A DNA stretch of 64,000 nt. It comes from an uncultured Actinomycetes bacterium (lineage in GTDB: Bacteria; Actinomycetota; Thermoleophilia; Gaiellales; Gaiellaceae). The notes below the pieces were generated by a model. It had not been told where the DNA came from. It searched no databases and was given only the letters and a program-made list of their open reading frames with translations. A program made the translations under genes and the position numbers. The DNA is taken from positions 4,681-68,680 of the forward strand of contig CAVPGO010000041.1 of assembly GCA_963703975.1 (NCBI GenBank), written 5' to 3'. This document shows positions 29,487-39,084 of the stretch, one piece after another; the first letter of the stretch is position 1, and every line of letters starts with the position of its first letter.

Positions 29487-30344
29487 ATGAGACGAAAGAT
29501 CGTGGCAGCCGGTGTAGTACTCGCCGGCGCCGGGCTCGTGGCAGCGTCGGCCGCCGCCGACGGTGGGCCGGCGCCGGGCCCGCAGCTCGGCTGGGACGGC
29601 GCCCGCTCACCCGATGGGGCGGTTCGCTACGTGGCCCTGCCCGCAGGGAGATCGACAACCGTGGCATCGATCCGAGTCCGCGACGGCCGGGTCGTGCGCT
29701 GGTCGACTGTCCAGGGTGGCTAGGGCGTCCCCTCCGTCTCCTTCGACGGCACCACGGGCGGCGTCTCGGCCGACGGCCGCTCGCTGGTGCTCGCCTCGCT
29801 CGGGATTCGCGTCGTGTACGGCGGCGTCACCCGCTTCGCCGTGCTGCGCACGTCGAACCTGCGGGTACGACGCACGATCCTCCTCCACGGGCTGTGGTCG
29901 TTCGACGCGATCTCACCGGATGGCGCCACGGTCTACGCGACCCAGTACCTCTCCGAGTTGCCCGTCGTGCGCTATCGCATCCGCGCGATCGATGTCGCGA
30001 GCGCCCGCCCGCGGCCCGGTGCGATCGTCGACCGGCGTGAGCCCGACGATCGGATGAGCGGCTCACCCGTGACCCGTGCGAGCACGCGGCGTGGCACATG
30101 GGCCTACACGCTGTACACGAGGACGAACGGCACGGCCTTCGTGCACGCGCTCGACACGGTTCACGCCCAGGCGCTCTGCATCGATCTCCCCTGGCACGGC
30201 GTGCAGCGCTCGGTGTGGGGTGTCCGCATGGCCGTGAGCAGCGACGAACGCACGCTCGTGCTGCGCCAGCCCCGGGTCGGCGTGCTGGCGACGGTCGACC
30301 TGCGGCGCCACTCCGTGCTCGCGCCGCGGCGCCCGGTCGCGTAG
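29487..30344 (+). pseudogene. Secreted beta-propeller-like protein interrupted by an in-frame TAG at 29721-29723
   Basis: Signal peptide MRRKIVAAGVVL. The same frame continues after TAG (GG*GVPSVSFDGTTGGVSADG) into the 29787-30344 ORF. Confidence 0.65.
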
Positions 30345-30352
30345 CCGTAGTC

Positions 30353-31564
30353 TCAGGCCACTGGCACCGGCAGCGTCTCGGTCGCATTCGCGATCTCGCG
30401 CACCACCTCGACGATGTCGTGGTTCGCCCCCCAGATGCGCAGCTGCCGTTCGGCGCTGTTGCCGCGCTCCAAGATCTCGCGCACGCCCTCGAGCTCCCGC
30501 TCCGACCCGAGCTCGCGTGCGTGCGGCGCGAGCTCGCGCACGGTGCGGCGCACGAACTGCGCGATCGGCAGGCGGTTCCGCCGTCCGGTGGCGAGGTCCA
30601 TGATCGGCGCCTCGAGGCCGTACCGGGCCGCCAGCCACTTGTTCTCGCTCGTCAGGATCCGGTGGAACGAGGCGATCTCCTCACCTGCTTCGTACCGCTC
30701 GCACAGCTCCTTCACGAGGGCCTGGCAGTAGGCGGCGATCGCGACGGCGTCCTCGAGCCGGGTGACCGCGTCGCACACGCGGATCTCGATCGTGCCCAGC
30801 CTCGGATGGGGCCGGATGTCCCACCAGATGTGGGTGTAGTCGGCGATGCAGCCTGTGCGCTCCAGCTGGCCCACGACGTCGGCGTAGTCGTCGTAGTCGC
30901 GGAAGCGGGGAGGCGGCCCCGAGCGAGGGAAGGCGGCGAACACGGTCTGGCGGCTCGACGCCAGGCCGGTCGGCTCGCCCCGCCAGAACGGCGAGCTCGC
31001 GGAGAGTGCGAGCAGGGGGGCCAGGTGTGGCAGTAGGCCCCCGATCACCTTGATCGCCTTCTCGGGGTCGTCGACCGCGACGTGGACGTGCATACCGAAG
31101 ATGAGCTCGCGCCGGGCGACGTACTGCAGCTGGTCGATGAGCGCGCGGTAGCGGTCCCTGGCGGTGATGCGCTGCCGCTCGAAGAGGCTGAACGGATGTG
31201 TTCCGGCCGAGCCGACACGCATGCCCTGCTCGTGCGCGAGCCCCTGCACGTACGCTCGCAGCGTCGTCAGCTCACGCAGGACGTCGCCGGCGGAGGCGCA
31301 CACCGGTGTTGCGATCTCGAGCACCGACTGCATCAGCTCGGCGTTGACTCTCGTCTCGAGCTCGTGGCCGTGGGCGGCGGCGAGCACGCTGTCGATGTGC
31401 TGCACGAGATCGAACGTCTTGGGGTCGAGCAGCATGTACTCCTCCTCGACTCCGAGCGTGTACGGCGCGCTCAAGCCGAAGCGGTGCTCGCGCACACTGC
31501 CGGCGTAGAACGAGCCCTTGCCCGTGATCGACGGCGGGATCGCCTGCAGGCCGCCGTCGCTCAT
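30353..31564 (-). CDS. YbdK-family carboxylate-amine (glutamate-cysteine) ligase
   Basis: TLGVEEEY, GMHVHV, LSASSPFW, WWDIRP, TIEIRVCD, ENKWLAARYG. Confidence 0.9.
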   Translation of the reverse strand: MSDGGLQAIPPSITGKGSFYAGSVREHRFGLSAPYTLGVEEEYMLLDPKTFDLVQHIDSVLAAAHGHELETRVNAELMQSVLEIATPVCASAGDVLRELTTLRAYVQGLAHEQGMRVGSAGTHPFSLFERQRITARDRYRALIDQLQYVARRELIFGMHVHVAVDDPEKAIKVIGGLLPHLAPLLALSASSPFWRGEPTGLASSRQTVFAAFPRSGPPPRFRDYDDYADVVGQLERTGCIADYTHIWWDIRPHPRLGTIEIRVCDAVTRLEDAVAIAAYCQALVKELCERYEAGEEIASFHRILTSENKWLAARYGLEAPIMDLATGRRNRLPIAQFVRRTVRELAPHARELGSERELEGVREILERGNSAERQLRIWGANHDIVEVVREIANATETLPVPVA

Positions 31565-31941
31565 CCGCGCAGCGCCTCGGCCTCGATCTCCACCTTCCAC
31601 GCCGGATCGAGAAGGCGTGTGACCACGGCGGTCGACGCCGGCCGGATCTCGCCGAAGATCTCGCCGTGGGCCCGCGCGATCTCGGTGTAGTCGTCCGGGT
31701 CGGTGAGGAAGATGCGCGTGCGCACCACGTCGGCGAAGGTCGCACCCGCCCGGTCGAGTGCCCCGCCGATGATCTCCAGGCAGAGCCGCGCCTGCTCGTA
31801 GGCGCCGTCCGGCGGTGGTGAGCCGTCGGCGGGGATCGGCGCCGTCCCGGCCACGTGAACGTGCGGGCCGGCGACGACCGCGCGCGAGAACCCGACGACG
31901 CGCTCGTACGGCGAGTGACCGGAGATCAGGCGGCGTTCCAC
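31561..31941 (-). CDS. RidA-family protein
   Basis: YERVVGFSRAV, VAGT, VVRTRIF, RPAST, VEIEA. Confidence 0.88.
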   Translation of the reverse strand: MERRLISGHSPYERVVGFSRAVVAGPHVHVAGTAPIPADGSPPPDGAYEQARLCLEIIGGALDRAGATFADVVRTRIFLTDPDDYTEIARAHGEIFGEIRPASTAVVTRLLDPAWKVEIEAEALRG

Positions 31942-31961
31942 GGCCCCTAGTATCCCCCGAG

Positions 31962-32780
31962 GTGCAGGCGCTTTTCCAGATCGACGGCTGGGAGGCCCCG
32001 TTCGCCGCGACCGGGGTGACGGCGCCCGCCGCCACTCTTGCGACGCACGGCGACACCAGGCGTCCGGTTCGGCTCGCATCGGTGTCCAAGCCGGTCACCG
32101 CTCTGGCGGTGCTGGTCGCTGCCGAGGAGGGTGTGCTCGACCTCGACGAGCCCGCGGGCCCACCCGGATCGACGGTTCGGCACCTGCTCGCCCACGCGTC
32201 AGGCTTGCCGTTCCAGGGAGCCATCCCCATCGGGCCCCCCGGCGCACGGCGGATCTACTCCAACGAGGGGTACGGAGTGCTCGGAGAGCTCCTCGCCGCG
32301 CGCGCCGGGATGCCGTTCGCCGAGTACGTGCACGCCGCGGTATGCCAGCCGCTCCGGCTGTCGCTCGACCTCTCGGGCCACCCCGGCAGCGGGATGCGCG
32401 CGCACCTCGACGACGTCCTCGCCTTCGGCCGCGAGCTGCTGCGCCCAACGCTGATCGCTCCGGAGACCCACGCCGAGATGACGAGCGTCCAGTTCCCCGG
32501 CCTCGACGGCGTCCTGCCCGACTTCGGGAGGTTCAAGCCCATGGACTGGGGTCTCGGCGTCGAGATCAAGGGCTCGAAGCGGCCGCACTGGTCGGGCTCT
32601 TCGACCTCGTCACGGACGTTCGGGCACTTCGGCGGCTCGGGCACGTTCCTCTGGGTCGACCCGGACCGTGACCTTGCGTGTGCCTGCCTGACGACCCGCG
32701 AGTTCGGCGAGTGGGCGAAGAAAGCCTGGCCGCGTCTCTCCGACGCGGTGCTCGCGGAGATCTCCCAGACCGTCCCGTAG
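31962..32780 (+). CDS. Serine hydrolase, beta-lactamase class C-like
   Basis: LASVSK (SxxK), LLAHASG, YSN, FGHFGGSG. Confidence 0.88.
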   Translation: MQALFQIDGWEAPFAATGVTAPAATLATHGDTRRPVRLASVSKPVTALAVLVAAEEGVLDLDEPAGPPGSTVRHLLAHASGLPFQGAIPIGPPGARRIYSNEGYGVLGELLAARAGMPFAEYVHAAVCQPLRLSLDLSGHPGSGMRAHLDDVLAFGRELLRPTLIAPETHAEMTSVQFPGLDGVLPDFGRFKPMDWGLGVEIKGSKRPHWSGSSTSSRTFGHFGGSGTFLWVDPDRDLACACLTTREFGEWAKKAWPRLSDAVLAEISQTVP

Positions 32781-32798
32781 CGCGGTATCCCCCTCTCC

Positions 32799-33095
32799 CT
32801 ACCCGCCCGTGATCGCGTCGAGCGCCGCGCGCCGCATGCGGACGATGACACAGGCCGTGACCGCCGTGGCGGGGCCGTCGGCCACGTCGCCCGGCCGCAG
32901 CAGGCCGCTGCTCCCGCGTGCCAGACCGGTGAGCAGCACGTCGACGCTCTCCTCGGTGCCGCCGAAGGGTGTTCCCGAGACAAGCTCCAGGCGCTCCGCC
33001 TCGTCGGCGAGTCGGGTCAACTGGTCGCCGGAGAGCGCGCCGAAGAGGCCGACCCGTTGCAGCTCGGCGACGGACGCGGGCACGAACCTCGGCAT
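32799..33095 (-). CDS. Small degenerate cyclic-nucleotide-binding-domain protein
   Basis: LQRVGLFGALS..L..LA and ATAVTAC features; TACGGT -10 lies 7 nt before the ATG. Confidence 0.55.
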   Translation of the reverse strand: MPRFVPASVAELQRVGLFGALSGDQLTRLADEAERLELVSGTPFGGTEESVDVLLTGLARGSSGLLRPGDVADGPATAVTACVIVRMRRAALDAITGG

Positions 33096-33133
33096 TGCGC
33101 CTACCGTAGCGGTGCGCGGGTCGTCGCGGTCCG

Positions 33134-34525
33134 TCAGGGAGCGAGGCTGCTCAGACGCCGTGCCATGTGGTCTGCTTCGACGCGCAGCTCGGGGACGGCG
33201 GTGTTCTCCCACAGCAGCCCCTTGCGCAGCGGGCCAACGAGGAAAAGCCGGTCGCTGGCGTTCCCCTCGGCGTCGATCAGCCCACCGTGCTCGCTGCTCT
33301 GCAGCCCGAGACCGAGCGGGTCGGGGGTGACGCTTCCGCTGCGAACCAGCTGTTGCACCAGTGGCTCGGCGACGCGCCGGAGATCGGTGTCGGGCCCGGT
33401 GCAGTTGACGACCCTGCCGACGCGAAGTGTCGCGGCCTCCCGCTGGCCCCGGAGGCGCAGCCGAGCCTCGACCAGGCCGTCGGCAGGCTCGAAGCCGAGC
33501 ACGCTTGCCGCCATCACCCGCAGGCGACCCGTGGAGAGCAGCTGCTGGATCGCCGTCGCGGTTTGGGGAGACGATCGGTGCCGGTGGGTCTCCCAGTAGG
33601 GGCGGACGTGACGGAGGAAGCGCTCCTTCTCCGTCTGGTCAAGCGACATCCACAGCCCTGGCGTGTCCGATCTGAGTGACGTGTGGACCTCGCGCCAGTC
33701 GGTCCCGGCCTGCGCCGCCCTGTCGACCTCCGCCCGCAGGCTCCGTAGCAACCCCAGCGTCGTCCGTGGCCAGCTGTCGAGGCCGGCGGGCCGCGGATAG
33801 AGCGGCGGGGGGACCGCGGCTACGCGGTGAGGCTGCGGCAGCAACCCATGGCGCGAGACCGCGTGGATCACGGCACGCTGCCCACGGTCGCGGAACGCGA
33901 GCGCGATGTCGAGCATCGTGAGGCCGGTGCCGATCAGCAGCACGGGCTGGTCCGGATCCGCCTCGAGCGCGTCGGCGGCCCAGGGATCACGCGCGTAGCG
34001 CGGGTCGGAGTAGAACGCAGCGTCCATGATCGAGGGATCGGCCGGCGGGAAGTTCCCGATCGCCAGCACGACCCGATCGGCGACGATCGGCGTCGCCACG
34101 TCGTCGATACCGACGCGAACCGATCCGTCCGGGCCGACCTCGACCGAGGTCGCCTCGGCGGCGATCCGGCGTAGGCTTGCGGCGCTCCGTGCCTCGGCGT
34201 TGTCGAGTAGGTGCGCGAGATAGGCGCCGTAGAGGCTGCGCGGCACGAATGAGCCGCCGGTGACATCGGGATCCCTGGAGCGGGCGAACTCCAGGAAGCC
34301 GTCTGCCTCGTCGGCGAAGGCGCTCATGCGCCCGGCAGGAACGTTGAGCGTGTGGCTCTCATGGGCTGTGCCGTAGGCGACGCCCGCCGTGAACCGGCCG
34401 GTGCGCTCGACGATGGCGATGCGGGAGTCACGCCACCGCGGATCACGGAGCAGATGGACGGCGACCATCGTCCCGGTGAACCCGGCGCCGATCACGGCGA
34501 CGGAGAATCGATCGGAGTCGGTCAC
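33134..34525 (-). CDS. FAD/NAD(P)-binding oxidoreductase (YdhS-like)
   Basis: VIGAGFTG, GVAYGT, LNVPAGRMSA, IGTGLTMLD, SRHGLLP, NCTGP, WENTAVPELR. Confidence 0.85.
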   Translation of the reverse strand: MTDSDRFSVAVIGAGFTGTMVAVHLLRDPRWRDSRIAIVERTGRFTAGVAYGTAHESHTLNVPAGRMSAFADEADGFLEFARSRDPDVTGGSFVPRSLYGAYLAHLLDNAEARSAASLRRIAAEATSVEVGPDGSVRVGIDDVATPIVADRVVLAIGNFPPADPSIMDAAFYSDPRYARDPWAADALEADPDQPVLLIGTGLTMLDIALAFRDRGQRAVIHAVSRHGLLPQPHRVAAVPPPLYPRPAGLDSWPRTTLGLLRSLRAEVDRAAQAGTDWREVHTSLRSDTPGLWMSLDQTEKERFLRHVRPYWETHRHRSSPQTATAIQQLLSTGRLRVMAASVLGFEPADGLVEARLRLRGQREAATLRVGRVVNCTGPDTDLRRVAEPLVQQLVRSGSVTPDPLGLGLQSSEHGGLIDAEGNASDRLFLVGPLRKGLLWENTAVPELRVEADHMARRLSSLAP

Positions 34526-34639
34526 GCGACTACGGTAACCGTCCGAGAGTGCGCTGCACCGCCGGCGGTGACGCCCACGATGCCGTCTGCCGCCTGCGGT
34601 GAGCGACACCTGAGCGACGGGTCCGATGACGGGTCGTCA

Positions 34640-34678
34640 CCCTGGCCCAGCCGGGCATATTCCGGCGCTGGGCCAGGG
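34640..34678. terminator. Strong GC hairpin downstream of trxA (probable terminator)
   Basis: CCCTGGCCCAGC...GCTGGGCCAGGG inverted repeat 20 nt after the trxA stop; no U-tract. Confidence 0.5.
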
Positions 34679-34698
34679 GGGAGGGAGAGGAAGCGACG

Positions 34699-35016
34699 CT
34701 ACGACGCGAGGCCGAGGGTGCGCTCGATGGCGCCCTTCGGCTGCGCGCCGATCACGGCCGCGGAGGGCTCGCCGTCGCGGAACAGGATCATCGTCGGGAT
34801 CGAAGCGATGCCGTACCGGTCAGAGAGGCCGCGCTCCTCGTCGATGTTCACCTTCACGACCTTCAGCTCTCCGTCGCGCTCCTCGGCGATGCGGTCGAGC
34901 ACGGGCGAGACGGCGTGGCAGGGGCCGCACCACTCCGCCCAGAAGTCGACGATCACCGGAATCTCGCTCTGGATGACCTCCTGCTCGAAGGTCGTCTCGG
35001 TCACTGCACTTGCCAT
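34699..35016 (-). CDS. trxA: Thioredoxin
   Basis: VDFWAEWCGPC, SIPT; SD AGAAAGGA. Confidence 0.95.
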   Translation of the reverse strand: MASAVTETTFEQEVIQSEIPVIVDFWAEWCGPCHAVSPVLDRIAEERDGELKVVKVNIDEERGLSDRYGIASIPTMILFRDGEPSAAVIGAQPKGAIERTLGLAS

Positions 35017-35075
35017 GTGGTCCTTTCTGTTCGTGCCGCGCCCGCAGCCCGGCACGTGGGCTTTCTACCAGGAAA

Positions 35076-35101
35076 AACGCCCGAGGCGCCGGGAACCTTC
35101 C
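35076..35101 (-). promoter_or_regulatory. SigH/SigR-type promoter of trxA
   Basis: GGAAG-N18-GTT on the minus strand, matching the actinobacterial thiol-stress consensus GGAAy-N18-GTT. Confidence 0.6.
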
Positions 35102-35125
35102 CAGGTGCCGCCTAGAATCGACGGC

Positions 35126-38100
35126 ATGTTCGCACCGCTGCCGGACAAGCCGGACCACGACCTGCTCGAGCGCGAGATGCTGGAGGTCTGGGAGCGTGAG
35201 GGCACGTTCGCCGCGCTGCGTGAGCAGAACGCCTCGGGCCCGATCTTCTCCTTCTTCGACGGCCCCGTGACGGCGAACAAGACGCTCGGCGTGCACACCG
35301 CATGGGGTCGTACGCTGAAGGACGTCTTCCAGCGCTACAAGGCGCTGCGCGGCTACCACCAGCGCTACCAGAACGGCTGGGACTGCCAGGGCCTGTGGAT
35401 CGAGGTCGGCGTCGAGCGGGAGCTCGGGCTCAACTCGAAGCGCGAGATCGAGGAGTACGGGCTGGCCGAGTTCGCGCGCAAGTGCCGCGAGGTGGTCGTC
35501 TGGTCGTCGCAGGAGCTGACCAAGGGCTCGATCCGTCTCGGCCAGTGGATGGACTGGGGCCGGGACTACTTCACGTTCTCGGACACGAACATCGAGTACA
35601 TCTGGCGCTTCCTGCGGATCGTCCACGAACGCGGCTGGCTCTACCAGGGCCACCGCTCGACCGAATGGTGCCCCCGCTGCGGCACGTCGATCTCCGCTCA
35701 CGAGTTGCACGGTCATTACGAGGACCGGGTCGATCCCTCGCTCCGCGTGCGGCTGCCGCTGCTCGAGCGGCCCGGCGAGGCGCTGGTGGTGTGGACGACG
35801 ACCCCGTGGACCCTCCCGGCCAACGTCGCCGCCGCCGTGCACCCGGAGGCCGAGTACGGCAGGCTCGAGACCGGCGACTGGGTCGCCGTCACGCTCCACC
35901 CCGAGGAGACGTTCGTGGAGACGCTGCGCGGCGTCGACCTGGTCGGCTGGCGCTACACCGGGCCGTTCGACGGGCTCGGCCCGGGCAGCGGGGCCGAGCA
36001 CCGCGTGATCCCGTGGGCCGAGGTTGCGCTCGACACCGGCACCGGCATCGTGCACATCGCACCGGGGTGCGGCTCCGAAGACTTCGAGCTGTCCAAGGAG
36101 CACGGCCTCGCCGTCTTGCAGCCCGTCGACGAGGCGGGTCGCTTCTACCCCGACTACGGCTGGCTGCACGGGGTCTCGACCGTCGAGGCGGCGGACCAGA
36201 TCGTCGGCGACCTCGAGGAGCGCGGGCTCCTCGTCGAGGCGACGACCTACGAGCACAGCTATCCGTTCTGCTGGCGCTGTCACACGCCGCTGATCTTCCG
36301 GCTGGCGGACGACTGGTTCATCGCAGTCACCGAGCTGCGGCCGGAGCTCCTCGCGGCGAACGCCGAGGTCGAGTGGACGCCCGAATACATGGGCAAGCGG
36401 ATGGACGACTGGTTGCGCAACCTGGGCGACTGGAACATCTCGCGGCGGCGCTACTACGGGCTGCCGCTGCCCTTCTACCCGTGCGCGTGCGGGCACGTCA
36501 CGGTGATCGGCTCGAGAAGAGAGCTCGAGGAGCGCGCCGTCTCGGGACTGGAGCAGCTCGAGGAGCTCCGCCGCCCCTGGGTCGACGGGGTGCCGATCCG
36601 CTGCGGGTCGTGCGACGGCGAGGTGACACGCGTGAGGGAGGTGGGGGACGTCTGGCTCGACGCCGGAATCGTGCCGTTCTCCACGCTCGGCTGGCAGAAC
36701 GAGACGTGGATCCCGGAGGGGTACGCAACAGGAGCCGCCAGAGGACTCACCACTGCCGACCTCCCCGATCACGCCTACTGGGAGACGTGGTTTCCCGCCG
36801 ACTGGGTCTCGGAGATGCGCGAGCAGATCCGGCTCTGGTTCTACTCGCAGCTCTTCATGTCGGTGGCGCTCGTCGGGCGGGCGCCGTACCGCAAGGTGCT
36901 CGGCTACGAGAAGATGCTCGACGAGCACGGCCGCGAGATGCACGGCTCGTGGGGCAACCTGATCGTGGCCGAGGACGCGTTCGCGCGGATGGGCGCCGAC
37001 GTGATGCGCTGGCAGTACTGCGCCCAGCCCCCCGACCGCAACCTCCTGTTCGGCTTCGGCCCGGCACAGGAGATCAAGCGCAGGCTGCTCACGCTGTGGA
37101 ACTCGGTCACGTTCCTCGGCCGCTACGCGAACATCGCGCGGTGGGACCCGAGGTGGGAGGACCTCGCGCGCGGCCCCGAGGGCGACCTGCAGCCTCTCGA
37201 CCTGTGGCTCGTGGAGCGCACACGGCAGCTCGTCGAGGAGACGACGGACGCCTACGAGCGGTGGCTGACGGTCGACGTGACGCGATCGTTCGAAAGCTTC
37301 GTCGACGACGTCTCGAACTGGTACATCCGCCGCTCGCGTCGGCGGTTCTGGGACGGCGACGAGATCGCACTCCGCTCGCTCTGGTACGCGCTCGTCACGG
37401 GCCTGCGGGTGATCGCTCCGGTGATGCCGTTCCTCGCCGACCACGTCTGGCGGACGCTGACGGGCCCGTGCGGCGATGTGCCGTCGTCCGTTCATCTCGC
37501 AGGCTGGCCGGAGTCGCTCGCACCCGACCACGGGCTGCTCGCGGACATCGAGGAGGTGCGCTCGGTGGTCGGCCTCGGCCACCAGGCGCGGCAGTCGGCC
37601 TCACTCAAGGTGCGCCAGCCCTTGCGCCGGCTCGTGGTCGAGGGCGCATCACGGATCACCGCCCATGCCGACGTGATCGCCGACGAGCTGCAGGTGAAGG
37701 AGGTGGAGCTCGGTCATGTGGATGCGGCGCTGCGGGCGAAACCGAATCTGCCGCTGCTCGGGCCACGGCTCGGCAAGGAGCTCGGCGCCGTCCGGGCTGC
37801 GCTGGAGGAGGGCGCCTTCGAGCAGCTCGAAGGCGGGCGCTTTCGCGCCGCAGGGCACGAGCTCTCACCGGAGGAGGTGCTCGTCGAGCGGGCCGGCCGC
37901 GAGGGGTGGGCGGTGGCGGCCGAGGGTGGCGTGACGGTCGCGCTCGACACCCACGTCGACGAACAACTCGCGCGAGAGGCCCGAGTCAACGAGTTGACCC
38001 ATCTCGTGAACACCATGCGCAGGGATGCGGGCCTCGAGCTGACCGACCGCATCCGGCTCACGATCCCGGCGGCAGACGCCGACCTGCTCGAGCATGCCGA

Positions 38101-38176
38101 CCGCATCAAGGCGGAGACGCTCGCGGTCGAGGTCACGGTCGACGGCGGCGACACGCCTGCGATCGCTCGGGTATGA
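35126..38176 (+). CDS. ileS: Isoleucine-tRNA ligase, type 2, with non-canonical signature motifs
   Basis: GWDCQGL, WTTTPWTLPAN, GTGIVHIAP, DWNISR, SNWYIRRSRRRFW, VRQPL. HIGH reads GVHT and KMSKS reads EMHGS. TAGAAT -10 lies 7 nt before the ATG. Confidence 0.9.
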   Translation: MFAPLPDKPDHDLLEREMLEVWEREGTFAALREQNASGPIFSFFDGPVTANKTLGVHTAWGRTLKDVFQRYKALRGYHQRYQNGWDCQGLWIEVGVERELGLNSKREIEEYGLAEFARKCREVVVWSSQELTKGSIRLGQWMDWGRDYFTFSDTNIEYIWRFLRIVHERGWLYQGHRSTEWCPRCGTSISAHELHGHYEDRVDPSLRVRLPLLERPGEALVVWTTTPWTLPANVAAAVHPEAEYGRLETGDWVAVTLHPEETFVETLRGVDLVGWRYTGPFDGLGPGSGAEHRVIPWAEVALDTGTGIVHIAPGCGSEDFELSKEHGLAVLQPVDEAGRFYPDYGWLHGVSTVEAADQIVGDLEERGLLVEATTYEHSYPFCWRCHTPLIFRLADDWFIAVTELRPELLAANAEVEWTPEYMGKRMDDWLRNLGDWNISRRRYYGLPLPFYPCACGHVTVIGSRRELEERAVSGLEQLEELRRPWVDGVPIRCGSCDGEVTRVREVGDVWLDAGIVPFSTLGWQNETWIPEGYATGAARGLTTADLPDHAYWETWFPADWVSEMREQIRLWFYSQLFMSVALVGRAPYRKVLGYEKMLDEHGREMHGSWGNLIVAEDAFARMGADVMRWQYCAQPPDRNLLFGFGPAQEIKRRLLTLWNSVTFLGRYANIARWDPRWEDLARGPEGDLQPLDLWLVERTRQLVEETTDAYERWLTVDVTRSFESFVDDVSNWYIRRSRRRFWDGDEIALRSLWYALVTGLRVIAPVMPFLADHVWRTLTGPCGDVPSSVHLAGWPESLAPDHGLLADIEEVRSVVGLGHQARQSASLKVRQPLRRLVVEGASRITAHADVIADELQVKEVELGHVDAALRAKPNLPLLGPRLGKELGAVRAALEEGAFEQLEGGRFRAAGHELSPEEVLVERAGREGWAVAAEGGVTVALDTHVDEQLAREARVNELTHLVNTMRRDAGLELTDRIRLTIPAADADLLEHADRIKAETLAVEVTVDGGDTPAIARV

Positions 38177-39084
38177 CCGCGCTGCGGCTGTCCTACGTCG
38201 TCCAGACAGACACATGGGCCACGCTCTCGGGCATCGTCGACTCGCTCGCGCGGCAGACGGCCGCCAACCGCGTCGAGCTCGTCGTCGTCGCATCCGGCCC
38301 ACTCGGGCCGCCTCCCGAGGCGACAATCCCGATCGGCGGCGTGATGGTCGTGGAGCATCCGCTGCTGCCGCTCGCAGCGGCGCGCGCAACCGGCATCGAG
38401 GCGTCGTCGGGCGAGATCGTCGCGATCGGCGAGACCCACGTGTTTCCGGCTCGGACGTGGGCTGAGGAGGTCATCGCAGCGCACGACGCAGGCGCAGACG
38501 TCGTGCTGCCGGCCGTCGTGAACGCCAACCCGCGGACGCGTCTCAGCTGGTCTTCGTTCCTTCTCGACTATGGCCGCTATCGGCGCGCCGACGCCGCCCT
38601 GCAGACCGTGCCCACGTACAACGCGACGTTTCGGCGCGCCTGCCTGCCCACGGCCGGGGCGCTCGTCAGGGCTCTCGAGCCGGGTCCCGCCCTGGATGCG
38701 CAGACGCGGGGGCGAGGCGCTCGTGTCGTCGCCGGTCGAGCGGCGCTCGCGCACCTCAACGCCGACCGCCCGCGTCACTGGCTCCGTGAGCGCTTCCTGA
38801 CCGGGATGCTCATCGGCGCCGCACGGCGGGCGCAATGGCAGCGCGCGCGGTGTGTGGCCTATGCGGCCGGCAGCCCCGCGATCGCCGCTGTCCTGTTCAC
38901 CCGTGCCCTTGGGGCTCCACGTACAGGCGCCCCGCGCGGCACGCTGGGCGTTGTCGCGCTCGCCTGCGTGGTCTCGGCCGCCGGTGAGGCTTCGGGCTAT
39001 CTGGGTGCAGCACGCGACGGGCAGCGCCGCAGGATGGCGAGCTACGAGCTGCACAAGTCTCGCTTCGTTCGGGACGTGAGATGA
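38173..39084 (+). CDS. GT2-like glycosyltransferase
   Basis: ATGA overlap with ileS; AARATGIEASSGEIVAIGETH; C-terminal TM segments. Confidence 0.65.
   Translation: MTALRLSYVVQTDTWATLSGIVDSLARQTAANRVELVVVASGPLGPPPEATIPIGGVMVVEHPLLPLAAARATGIEASSGEIVAIGETHVFPARTWAEEVIAAHDAGADVVLPAVVNANPRTRLSWSSFLLDYGRYRRADAALQTVPTYNATFRRACLPTAGALVRALEPGPALDAQTRGRGARVVAGRAALAHLNADRPRHWLRERFLTGMLIGAARRAQWQRARCVAYAAGSPAIAAVLFTRALGAPRTGAPRGTLGVVALACVVSAAGEASGYLGAARDGQRRRMASYELHKSRFVRDVR

Noticed and set aside
29721-29723. Pyrrolysine recoding of the TAG
   Set aside because: The gene is not a methylamine methyltransferase, there are no pyl genes in the window, and a TGG-to-TAG change is simpler.
34526-34698. Riboswitch or ncRNA in the trxA-oxidoreductase spacer
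   Set aside because: No recognisable aptamer motif; the downstream gene has its own leaderless -10; only a terminator-like hairpin is supported.
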